A program made the translations under genes and the position numbers. This document shows, in pieces, positions 17,896 through 25,190 of a stretch of DNA of 37,593 nucleotides. Position 1 is the first letter of the stretch, and every line of letters begins with the position of its first letter. Under the pieces are notes generated by a model, which ran no database searches, was not told where the DNA came from, and was given only the letters and a program-made list of their open reading frames with translations. Source of the DNA: a virus (taxonomy: Duplodnaviria > Caudoviricetes). The stretch spans positions 1-37,593 of IMG/VR virus record IMGVR_UViG_3300037761_000095. One strand, written 5' to 3'.

Positions 17896-18437
17896 TGGCC
17901 TGGTCGACACCGCTGACCGCAGTCTCGAACGCCACCCTGACCGCGGCGCAGTGGAACGCCTCGGTGCGGGACAATCTGCTCGAGACCGCGCCGGCGAAGG
18001 CCACCGCAGCCGGCCGGCTATTCGTGTCGACCGGCGCGAACGCGATCGCCGAACGGGTGCCGACCGTGGCGCGGGTGGAGACATCGCAGTCCACATCGTC
18101 GGCCAGCTTCGTCGACCTCGCCACCGTCGGCCCGGCAGTCACCGTGACCACCGGCACCAGGGCCTTGGTGTTCATCTCTGCCGGCATGACCAACAGCGTT
18201 GCGACGGGTGCGGCGGCGATGGGTTACGCCGTCTCCGGGGCGTCGACGATTGCCGCCACCAACGCCACCGACCTCCGCGCCGATTCACCCGGCACCTCCG
18301 AGGTTGACCGGGCAACCTCGGTGTCGATGTTGACCTCGCTGACTGCCGGTTCCAACGTGTTCACGGCGAAGTACCGGGTCGGCTCCGGTGGCACGGCAAC
18401 CTTCGACGCCCGGGAGATCATGGTGATCCCGCTGTGA
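17895..18437 (+). CDS. Minor tail/fibre protein
   Basis: MAWSTPLTAV...TAAQWNASVRDNLLET N-terminus; beta-rich C-terminus (LTAGSNVFTAKYRV). Confidence 0.75.
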   Translation: MAWSTPLTAVSNATLTAAQWNASVRDNLLETAPAKATAAGRLFVSTGANAIAERVPTVARVETSQSTSSASFVDLATVGPAVTVTTGTRALVFISAGMTNSVATGAAAMGYAVSGASTIAATNATDLRADSPGTSEVDRATSVSMLTSLTAGSNVFTAKYRVGSGGTATFDAREIMVIPL

Positions 18438-18445
18438 CCTGTCGG

Positions 18446-18546
18446 TGCTAAGGTTGGGCGAAAGCGGGACCGCCCGAGGCGGACACCTCGGACGATCCCT
18501 GACCCACTCACTCGATGCAGCGAGGAGGGGCTAGCCATGCAGGCTA
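18446..18546. promoter_or_regulatory. Moron leader cassette 1: extended -10, 39-nt hairpin motif, SD hairpin, antisense -10
   Basis: TGcTAAGGT at 18446-18454; motif 18466-18504; antisense TAGCCT at 18541-18546; matches cassette 2 at 32328-32433. Confidence 0.6.
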
Positions 18547-19370
18547 CCCGCAGTCCATCCGTGAGCCGGCGCGCGTTCGTCGCCGGCACTCTTGCCACCG
18601 GTGCCGCCCTCGGCGTCCGCGGCCTTGCCACGGCTGCGCCCACATCACCGGCGCTGTTCGTGGCCGCCCACCCCGACGACGAAACGCTGGCGATGGGGGT
18701 CGCGCTGGCCGAGCATGCCGCCGCCGGCCAGGATGTGCATCTGCTGCTGCTCACCCGAGGCGAGCTGTCGTCGGCGCGTGACGCCATCAACGGCACAACC
18801 GGCTCGTCCTACTGGGGCGTCGCGCACAGCCCGGCCGACGAGGGGTACGCCCCGTTGGACGAGGCGGCGTTTGGGCAGGCCCGCATTGACGAGGCGCACA
18901 ATGCGGCGCACTGCCTGTCCACCGGGCTCGGCGCGGTCACCGTGCATGAGGCTGGTCTCGTCAACGGCGGGTTGACCACCGAGCAGGCTGCTGCAGCGGT
19001 CCTCGCTGTTGCCGACCTGATCGCCCCCGGTGGTGCGGTGCGGATCAAGACCCATTCGCACATCGTGGATAACCACTCCGACCACCTGGCCGCCGGGCAG
19101 GCCGCGCGGACGTTACGCGACAGCCACCCAGACCGGTTCGCCGATCTGCGCCACTACGTGCTGCCGTCGTATTGGGCCGACCCACGGCTCGGGCAGCTGG
19201 CCGGGTTCTGGGACCACCCCACCGACACAGGGATTCGGCTGCGGGTGGTCAACGCCTGCCGCGCTTATGGGGCGTGGGCGCCGCCGCATTCGTACGCGGT
19301 CGGATACCACTCGGTGGCGACCCAATTCGCGCAACTGGTGGCCAATCCGCGCTGCCTCGTGCACGCCTGA
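18537..19370 (+). CDS. PIG-L/LmbE-family deacetylase with Tat signal peptide
   Basis: SRRAFV twin-arginine motif plus hydrophobic stretch; AHPDDE, LLTRGE, R.DE and H.DH Zn-binding motifs. Confidence 0.88.
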   Translation: MQATRSPSVSRRAFVAGTLATGAALGVRGLATAAPTSPALFVAAHPDDETLAMGVALAEHAAAGQDVHLLLLTRGELSSARDAINGTTGSSYWGVAHSPADEGYAPLDEAAFGQARIDEAHNAAHCLSTGLGAVTVHEAGLVNGGLTTEQAAAAVLAVADLIAPGGAVRIKTHSHIVDNHSDHLAAGQAARTLRDSHPDRFADLRHYVLPSYWADPRLGQLAGFWDHPTDTGIRLRVVNACRAYGAWAPPHSYAVGYHSVATQFAQLVANPRCLVHA

Positions 19371-19381
19371 AGGGGGTCATT

Positions 19382-19606
19382 GTGACCGTGCTGCCCGGCG
19401 ACATCGTCGTCTGGAACGACCAGAACCGCGTCGTCGTGGACGTGACCGGCGACGAGCAGCCGATGGCGGTGCTGCGCCTGCCGGACGACATCGAGCTGCT
19501 CGAGCCGCTGTGCGTTTACGCCGACCGGCTGACAGCGGTCGGGCACCTGGAGCACCTGGACGGCTGGGTCGAAGACGACCCCGGCATCTGGTCGGTAGTC
19601 GTATGA
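19382..19606 (+). CDS. Small hypothetical protein
   Basis: GTG after SD AAGGGGG; ATGA overlap with the amidase. Confidence 0.6.
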   Translation: MTVLPGDIVVWNDQNRVVVDVTGDEQPMAVLRLPDDIELLEPLCVYADRLTAVGHLEHLDGWVEDDPGIWSVVV

Positions 19607-20508
19607 CGACCATCGTCCAGGAGCGTGCGCTACGTGCCAGCGTCGGGCTGATCCTGCGGACCCGTGAACAGGCCAGGCTGCGGTTCGACTACAGGAGCTC
19701 TCGTCCCGTCACCGAGCCAGCGGTCGCCGACTTCAACCACATCAGCGTGACCAACCCGCGCAACTATGGCAGCAACGACGCGCACTGGCGGGCCATCGAG
19801 AACATTGGCATAACCCGCTTCCCGTCCACCGGCATCTCCTACAACGGCGGCGTCCTTCCCGGCGGTGTGCTGTACGAAGGGCAGCCGTGGGGTCGACGCG
19901 GCGCGCACACCGTCAACACCCGCGAGTGGTCCCACTGCGCCATGTCCGGCTGCCCGTCGAAGGGCTCCAGCATCTGGGCGCCGTCATGGAACAACAACAT
20001 CACAGGCCGAGCGCTCGTGTTCGCCCGCAACCTGGCCGACCCGGTCACCAATGACGACGTCGACGCGGCCGCCCGCTACTGGGCCGGGCACAAGCTATGC
20101 GGGCTGCTGACCAAGAGCGCCCGGCTACACGGGCACCGCTGCTGCTCGTCGAAGGACTGTCCCGGCAACCGGGTGTGGGTCCGCATGGACGACATCCAGG
20201 ACCTGACCGCCACCTACGTCCGCACCGGGCTACCCGGCATCCCGCCGCCCCCGCCCCCACCTCCACCCCCGAAGCCGAAGGGCATCGACATGTTCGTCAC
20301 CCCGTACGGTTCCAGCCTGTACCGCGCCGTCGTCGAGGAGTCCAGCGACGTCGTCCCCATCTCGCAGGTCGGCGCCGAGCGGCTGAAGGCCGCCGGCTAC
20401 GCCTTCGTCGCGCTGCCCGCCGTGGACGTGGACGCCTTCCAGACCGCATTCGGGAAGCCGGACCTGATCGAGATCGTCGACGACGAGCCGGAGCCGCCCA
20501 CCCCTTGA
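19603..20508 (+). CDS. Endolysin, N-acetylmuramoyl-L-alanine amidase (Amidase_2/PGRP-like)
   Basis: FNHISV, GISYN, YEGQPWGRRGAHT, HGHR...KDCPG Zn-ligand pattern; poly-Pro linker; real start ATG 19603. Confidence 0.85.
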   Translation: MTTIVQERALRASVGLILRTREQARLRFDYRSSRPVTEPAVADFNHISVTNPRNYGSNDAHWRAIENIGITRFPSTGISYNGGVLPGGVLYEGQPWGRRGAHTVNTREWSHCAMSGCPSKGSSIWAPSWNNNITGRALVFARNLADPVTNDDVDAAARYWAGHKLCGLLTKSARLHGHRCCSSKDCPGNRVWVRMDDIQDLTATYVRTGLPGIPPPPPPPPPPKPKGIDMFVTPYGSSLYRAVVEESSDVVPISQVGAERLKAAGYAFVALPAVDVDAFQTAFGKPDLIEIVDDEPEPPTP

Positions 20509-20939
20509 CCGCGAGGTCCGTCCTCCAGCAAGCGGGCTTCGCGGGCAGTTCGCTGGACGTTGCGCTCGGCGTGTCCTGGGCCGAATCCGGGGGCTACTCC
20601 GACGCGGTCGGTGACTGGAAGATCGTCGACCCGTCGCAGCCGGAGTACTCCGAGGCGGCGGCGGCCAGGTGGGGGCCGTCGATCGGCCTGTTCCAGGTGC
20701 GGTCGTTGAAGCATCCGCACATCTGGGGGGCGGCGGACTCGTTCCGTGAGGTGTTCGCGCTCCGCAACGTGTTCTACAACGCGGTCGCTGCGTACGCGAT
20801 CAGCAAGCAGGGCACCGACTGGACCCCGTGGACCGTTTACCGGACAGGTAGCTACCTGCCGCACATCGGGAAGGACTACGTGATCCAGACCGGGCACACA
20901 GCGGCCGCGAAGTGGCGGCTGGGCGCCGTGGTGCCCTGA
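20505..20939 (+). CDS. Lytic transglycosylase (SLT-like), standalone
   Basis: TTGA overlap; AESGG catalytic Glu, SIGLFQV, NAVAAYAIS...DWTPWTVY. Confidence 0.8.
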   Translation: MTARSVLQQAGFAGSSLDVALGVSWAESGGYSDAVGDWKIVDPSQPEYSEAAAARWGPSIGLFQVRSLKHPHIWGAADSFREVFALRNVFYNAVAAYAISKQGTDWTPWTVYRTGSYLPHIGKDYVIQTGHTAAAKWRLGAVVP

Positions 20940-20956
20940 CACTGTGAGGGGGGCCA

Positions 20957-21580
20957 ATGCCTGAGGGAACAGTTCCCCGTGTCGGCAACGAAGGCCGCAC
21001 CCCGGTCCCCGACCCCACCATCCTCACCACCGAGGCCCTGCTTCGGGAGATCGGCCACCTACGCGACTACATGCTCGCCGCGACAGCCGGACTGGAGGAC
21101 CGCTTCGATGCGTATGAGCGCGCTCATGAGACGAAGCATCGGGAACGTGCCACTGAGGTTGAAAAGGCGATACAGCACCTCACGGAACTCGCTGCTGAAC
21201 GATTCGCCGGAGTCTCCGACCGATTCTCAGGGATCCAGCTACAACTCGCCGAGCGGGACGCGCGAATCCAGGAGTCCACTCAGGCGTCCAAGGATGCAAT
21301 CGCCGCCGCTCTAGCCGCGCAGAAGGAGGCGGTGACCAAGAGCGAGCTGAACACGAAGGAGCAGATCGCGGCGATCACGACCCAGAACGCCACCACCGTG
21401 GCCAGCCTCGAAAGCAAGATCGAGAACGTGAAGGAGCTCATCACCGGGGCGGGCAATGTTCAAGCTGGTGCGACGGGGCGGACTGCTGGACTCGACCTTG
21501 CAGCATCCAGGACCCTCACGGTGGTCGGGATTGTGGCCGTCATCCTCGGCATCGTCGTCGGCTACCTCGCAACCCGATAA
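20957..21580 (+). CDS. Coiled-coil membrane-anchored protein of the lysis cassette
   Basis: Long heptad-rich helix with a single C-terminal transmembrane segment; between lysins and holin. Confidence 0.7.
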   Translation: MPEGTVPRVGNEGRTPVPDPTILTTEALLREIGHLRDYMLAATAGLEDRFDAYERAHETKHRERATEVEKAIQHLTELAAERFAGVSDRFSGIQLQLAERDARIQESTQASKDAIAAALAAQKEAVTKSELNTKEQIAAITTQNATTVASLESKIENVKELITGAGNVQAGATGRTAGLDLAASRTLTVVGIVAVILGIVVGYLATR

Positions 21581-21589
21581 GGAGCACTC

Positions 21590-21847
21590 ATGTGGAAAGC
21601 CGCGTTCTGGCAGGCCACGGCCGAAAGAGCCATACGTACGTTCGCGCAGACCTTCGGCGCACTACTGGTCGCTGACCCGCTGATCGGTCTCGTCGACTTC
21701 GACTGGGTCGACGGATTGCAGGTGTCAGGCATGGCCGCGGTGGCGTCGCTGCTTACGTCGATCGGTGCATCCGCGTTCACACCCGGCCCAGGTCCGTCGC
21801 TGATCGCCGCCGAAGTCCTCAGTCCACCCGCGCGCCCGCAGGAGTAA
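21590..21847 (+). CDS. Holin, r1t family
   Basis: FWQATAERAIRTFAQT...SLLTSI motif; two hydrophobic segments. Confidence 0.88.
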   Translation: MWKAAFWQATAERAIRTFAQTFGALLVADPLIGLVDFDWVDGLQVSGMAAVASLLTSIGASAFTPGPGPSLIAAEVLSPPARPQE

Positions 21848-21872
21848 CCGGACCTCGACCCCCGGCTACGAA

Positions 21873-21915
21873 CGGCCCGCTCTCCCTTTCATCGGGGAGG
21901 GCGGGCCGCTTTCGT
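21873..21915. terminator. Intrinsic terminator at the convergence of late and leftward transcription
   Basis: CGGCCCGCTCTCCC / GGGAGGGCGGGCCG stem followed by CTTTCGT. Confidence 0.8.
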
Positions 21916-21924
21916 GCGTCTAGG

Positions 21925-22107
21925 TCAGGCCGCCAGGATGGCGAAGATCAGGATCGGCCAGATCGCCAGGCCGACCACCGTGAAGATGGCATAAAGCCAG
22001 ACCGAGAACCGGATGAACTTCGGGATCGAGTCCCACGCGGTGACCGGACCGGCCGGTGCTGGTGGCGGGGTTACGAACTGCTGGGGTTGGTAGTCGCTGG
22101 TGGTCAT
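21925..22107 (-). CDS. Small membrane protein (60 aa)
   Basis: ATG at 22107 after SD AAGGAG; Pro-rich N-terminus plus hydrophobic C-terminal helix. Confidence 0.7.
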   Translation of the reverse strand: MTTSDYQPQQFVTPPPAPAGPVTAWDSIPKFIRFSVWLYAIFTVVGLAIWPILIFAILAA

Positions 22108-22163
22108 GGCGTTGCTCCTTCTGGTGGGTGGTGCTTGTTCCCGGCGGGTCGCCGGACGGCTGG

Positions 22164-23117
22164 TTAGAGTGCGTTGACGGTGGCGGTAAGGGTGTCGTCG
22201 GCGACCGCCGTGTAGACGGCCGTCGTGGTCGGGCTCGCGTGGCCGAGCAGCTTCTGCACCGCGCGCAGGTTCCCCTCGTAGGCCAGGGCGCGGGTAGCGA
22301 ACCGATGCCGCAGTTGGTGCCCGGTGACCGTGCCCAACGCAGCGGACAGGACGTGGGAGACGTGCCCGGGGTGCATCCCGCCGGCGGTCTGCCCGGGGAA
22401 CACCCACACGTCGCCGTGGGTGTACCGGTAGCCGGAGCCGATGCTGCCGACGTCGCGGCGGCTGCGCTCCAGATTTAGTCCGGCGGCTAATAGGGTGTGA
22501 ATCGGGACGTGGCGCTCACGACCACCCTTGCCGCGGATGTGCAGGTGCCCGCCGCTATGCTGGGTGCCGTTGCCAGTCGCATCGAGGTGACGGCTGGAAG
22601 TGGAGCCCGGGAGTTCCTGCCGCATGGCAGGGCCCGGGCTCTGCGCTTGCCCGTCCTCGATCTGGTCCCAGCGCAGCCGGGCGATCTCCGACGCCCGCAA
22701 CCCCGCCAACGCCCCCAGCAGAATCATCAACCGCGTCTTGTCGTCCGCCTTCGCCAGCGCCGCGTCCACCGCGTCGTCACTCGCCGGCCGCGGCAGGTGC
22801 CGCTGCACCCGCACCTCCGGCAGCGCCGCCGCCGGGTTCCGCTTCGTCCGCCCCGTCGCCACCGCCCACCCGTAGAAGCCGCGCAACGCCGAGCTCGCGC
22901 CCTTCGTCGCCTCCGGCCCCCATTTCTGCGACGTCAACCACCGGACCAGGTCGTCGTTCGACAGCTTCCACGGCGACCGGCCCGGGTACATCTCGGCGAG
23001 CAGCCGCAGCTGCCACCGCCGCTGATACACGGTGCTCGCCGCCTTGTTCCCGGCCTCGAGCCACGCCGACCAGTCGTCGATATTCTGCTGCCAGGTGTGC
23101 GCGGCACGCCACAGCAC
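22164..23117 (-). CDS. Tyrosine recombinase, XerC/D-like, with a 34-aa insertion
   Basis: Catalytic set intact: GLRASE, GKGG, HQLRH, LLGHAS, TAVY; probable start GTG 23117 after SD GGGGGAG; no N-terminal arm-binding domain. Confidence 0.9.
   Translation of the reverse strand: MLWRAAHTWQQNIDDWSAWLEAGNKAASTVYQRRWQLRLLAEMYPGRSPWKLSNDDLVRWLTSQKWGPEATKGASSALRGFYGWAVATGRTKRNPAAALPEVRVQRHLPRPASDDAVDAALAKADDKTRLMILLGALAGLRASEIARLRWDQIEDGQAQSPGPAMRQELPGSTSSRHLDATGNGTQHSGGHLHIRGKGGRERHVPIHTLLAAGLNLERSRRDVGSIGSGYRYTHGDVWVFPGQTAGGMHPGHVSHVLSAALGTVTGHQLRHRFATRALAYEGNLRAVQKLLGHASPTTTAVYTAVADDTLTATVNAL
22546..22653 (+). ncRNA. Candidate antisense sRNA cassette embedded in-frame in the recombinase
   Basis: TGCCCG direct repeats 102 bp apart; TATGCT -10 at 22556-22561; two hairpins, the second terminator-like. 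Confidence 0.5.
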
Positions 23118-23227
23118 TGTGACTCCCCCCGAGTCCGATGCGTCAGCACCGTAGTCACGGGGTGGGACGCTTGCGAGGGGTTCGGCGGGATCTTTATCTG
23201 GCGCTAATCTGGATCTCATCGGATACG

Positions 23228-23300
23228 CTCGGTGCAGAGTGGTTCGGTAGCACGCCCACCTAAGACGTGGGAAGTTTGGGTTCGAGTCCCGGCACTGCGA
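23228..23300 (+). tRNA. Atypical or degenerate tRNA, anticodon AAG, short variable loop
   Basis: 73-nt cloverleaf: CCCAC/GTGGG anticodon stem with CTAAGAC loop, GGTTCGAGTCCC T-arm, D-loop GG; mismatches in acceptor and D stems, C8/G14; no encoded CCA. Confidence 0.7.
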
Positions 23301-23408
23301 ATGTCACGGCCAACGCGGTGTGGTGTAACCCGGCTCCGGTATCCGTGGCCCGACCGGGGGCCGCTCATCCCGCCACCGCCGTCCGCTGCGGCTCACGCAC
23401 CGGCCCGG

Positions 23409-23765
23409 TCACGGCCGCTCACCGGCCAGGTACGCGCGGGCCACGGCCAGGGCCTGCAGGTCCACCGGATAGTGCTCCGGTTCGCTTTCGGTCGCGTCGG
23501 CGGTTCCGTCGAGCCAGTCGGCGACGGCGAGCGCCACCACCGGATGCCACGACGCGACGTGCGCGGCGTTGTGTCCGTCCTCCGGTTGCACACGGCCGTT
23601 CAGGATGCCGATGAACCGGGACCGCTCACGGATGCCGCCAAGACTGGGCAGCAGATACGAACCCTCTGATCCTTCGGGTCCTACCCGCCACGGTCCGGGC
23701 GTCGCCGCCTGCGCCCGTTCCCGCATCAGCGCAGCCGCTCGGCGGATCTCCTCCACTGGGGTCAC
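23409..23765 (-). CDS. Ead/Ea22-like phage protein
   Basis: RAQAATPGPW...NAAHVASWHPVVALAVADWL pattern. Confidence 0.7.
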   Translation of the reverse strand: MTPVEEIRRAAALMRERAQAATPGPWRVGPEGSEGSYLLPSLGGIRERSRFIGILNGRVQPEDGHNAAHVASWHPVVALAVADWLDGTADATESEPEHYPVDLQALAVARAYLAGERP

Positions 23766-24118
23766 GGCTGCGGTCCGGCCGCGTTCTCAGTACTCGCCAA
23801 CAACGCCGCCATAGCAGCGCGCTCAAGCCAACCTGACACGTCCTCGCCGCGACTAGCTAGACGAACCCAGTACCCAGGCATGGACCCGCCGTAGCTGTAC
23901 GCCTGCCGGAAGGTCGGGCCGTCAGGGAAGCGACGCCACTTGGCGTCATCTGGGAATGTGCAGGGCGCGGACGCTTCGGCCACGACGACCGAACCGTCTG
24001 CCGGCGCGGCGACCACGTAGACCCAGAACGAGTACATCTCCTGGTAGCGGTCGCCGGGGCGAGGGTCCTCCATCGCCTTCTCGGTCTCGTGATAGAGCCA
24101 CTTGTAGCCGTCGTTCAT
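23762..24118 (-). CDS. Hypothetical protein
   Basis: 118 aa, translationally coupled to both neighbours. Confidence 0.65.
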   Translation of the reverse strand: MNDGYKWLYHETEKAMEDPRPGDRYQEMYSFWVYVVAAPADGSVVVAEASAPCTFPDDAKWRRFPDGPTFRQAYSYGGSMPGYWVRLASRGEDVSGWLERAAMAALLASTENAAGPQP

Positions 24119-24534
24119 AGCGCCATCGCCTGTCTCATTTGCGGTTCGCGGACGGGTGGGGTCAGCGGGATGCGCTTACGCAGGTAGCCCCTTACGTCGG
24201 CCAGCTCGGCGGTGCCTGGCGGGCCTTGCTCGTCTGCAAGATTTCCCGGTTGAGGCGACGAGAACGGCACCGACTTGAGCACCGGCGGGGCCGGCTCGAC
24301 CTCGGCCCGAAGCGCACCACCGAACATGAGCCATTCCCGGTCCACGTTCAGCCGGTGAGCGACCGCCGCGAGGTCCCGTAGCGCGTTCCGCGGCGCGGAG
24401 CCGTTCTCCCACGACTGCCACGACCCGAACCCGACGCCGCACCGCTGCGCGGCCTCACGCTGCGACAGTCCGAGCTCGCGGCGCACCAGCACCAGCCGGT
24501 TGGCGAGGCTGTCAGCGGGGATCATGGCCGCCAC
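24115..24534 (-). CDS. XRE-family HTH regulator (candidate immunity repressor)
   Basis: NRLVLVRRELGLSQREAAQRCGV...WQSWENG...LNVDREWLMFG. Confidence 0.85.
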   Translation of the reverse strand: MAAMIPADSLANRLVLVRRELGLSQREAAQRCGVGFGSWQSWENGSAPRNALRDLAAVAHRLNVDREWLMFGGALRAEVEPAPPVLKSVPFSSPQPGNLADEQGPPGTAELADVRGYLRKRIPLTPPVREPQMRQAMAL

Positions 24535-24887
24535 GCCTGCCCGTGCACCAGTCCACCCGCAAGGACTCGTTGCATCGTGTCGCGGACCGCATTGCGGCTA
24601 ATCATCTGCTCGTCTCGACCCGCGTCGATCCACGACTGCTGATTGTCAGCGAGCTGTTGGATGGCGCCCCGCAGCCGCCACACTTCGGCGACCAGGGCGG
24701 GCATGTCGGTACGGGCATGTGCGATGAACTCGGCGTCGGGGGTCTCTAGGTCGCCCGCTACGGTGATCCAGTCGTCTAGACCACTGGCGTAGACACGGCT
24801 AGCGCCGACTCCATCCGTCCACCATGGTCCATCGGTGGCTGCGGCCGACCGCGCCTCGATGGCGTCCAGGTCGAGGATGATGCTCAT
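24522..24887 (-). CDS. Ead/Ea22-like phage protein
   Basis: LDLDAIEARSAAATDGPW...DAEFIAHARTDMPALVAEVWRLR. Confidence 0.75.
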   Translation of the reverse strand: MSIILDLDAIEARSAAATDGPWWTDGVGASRVYASGLDDWITVAGDLETPDAEFIAHARTDMPALVAEVWRLRGAIQQLADNQQSWIDAGRDEQMISRNAVRDTMQRVLAGGLVHGQAWRP

Positions 24888-24893
24888 GCGGTC

Positions 24894-24983
24894 ACCCTGC
24901 CACCCTCACCCTGTCCTGTCAAGGGGTTGACGACCACGACATGCGGGCAAGGGGTTGACAGACCGACCTGTCAGTGACATGTT
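24894..24983. promoter_or_regulatory. Divergent sigma70-type promoters with operator-like repeats
   Basis: Left: TTGACA (24922-24917)-17-CAGGGT; right: TTGACA (24955-24960)-17-CATGTT; CAAGGGGTTGAC twice; palindromes GTCAA-N4-TTGAC and TGACAG-N6-CTGTCA. Confidence 0.75.
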
Positions 24984-24989
24984 CAGGGT

Positions 24990-25190
24990 GTGGCCATCGA
25001 CCTCCGCACCGCCATCGAGGAACGCCTCGGCCGTGACGTCGTCCTCTATGCCGGCGGCCTCAAGCAAGCCGGCCGGTCCTGGCGGGAGATCGCCGACGAG
25101 ATCCAGGCGCGCACCGGCATCGAGGTGTCGCACGAGTCGCTGAGGAAGTGGCACGGGCAAGACCGCCAGGGCGAGAAGGCGACCGCGTGA
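24990..25190 (+). CDS. Small HTH protein (Cro-like)
   Basis: RSWREIADEI...VSHESLRKW; first gene of the rightward operon. Confidence 0.75.
   Translation: MAIDLRTAIEERLGRDVVLYAGGLKQAGRSWREIADEIQARTGIEVSHESLRKWHGQDRQGEKATA

Noticed and set aside
23260-23266. Reading the tRNA loop as a CTA or TAA anticodon (suppressor or Leu-TAA)
   Set aside because: The 5-bp CCCAC/GTGGG stem fixes a 7-nt loop CTAAGAC with U33, which puts AAG at positions 34-36.
21925-24534. ssrA-like degradation tags on leftward proteins (ends ILAA, VNAL, AMAL)
   Set aside because: Ala/Leu-rich ends are common in high-GC proteins, and without an identified attP in the repressor there is no support for integration-dependent immunity.
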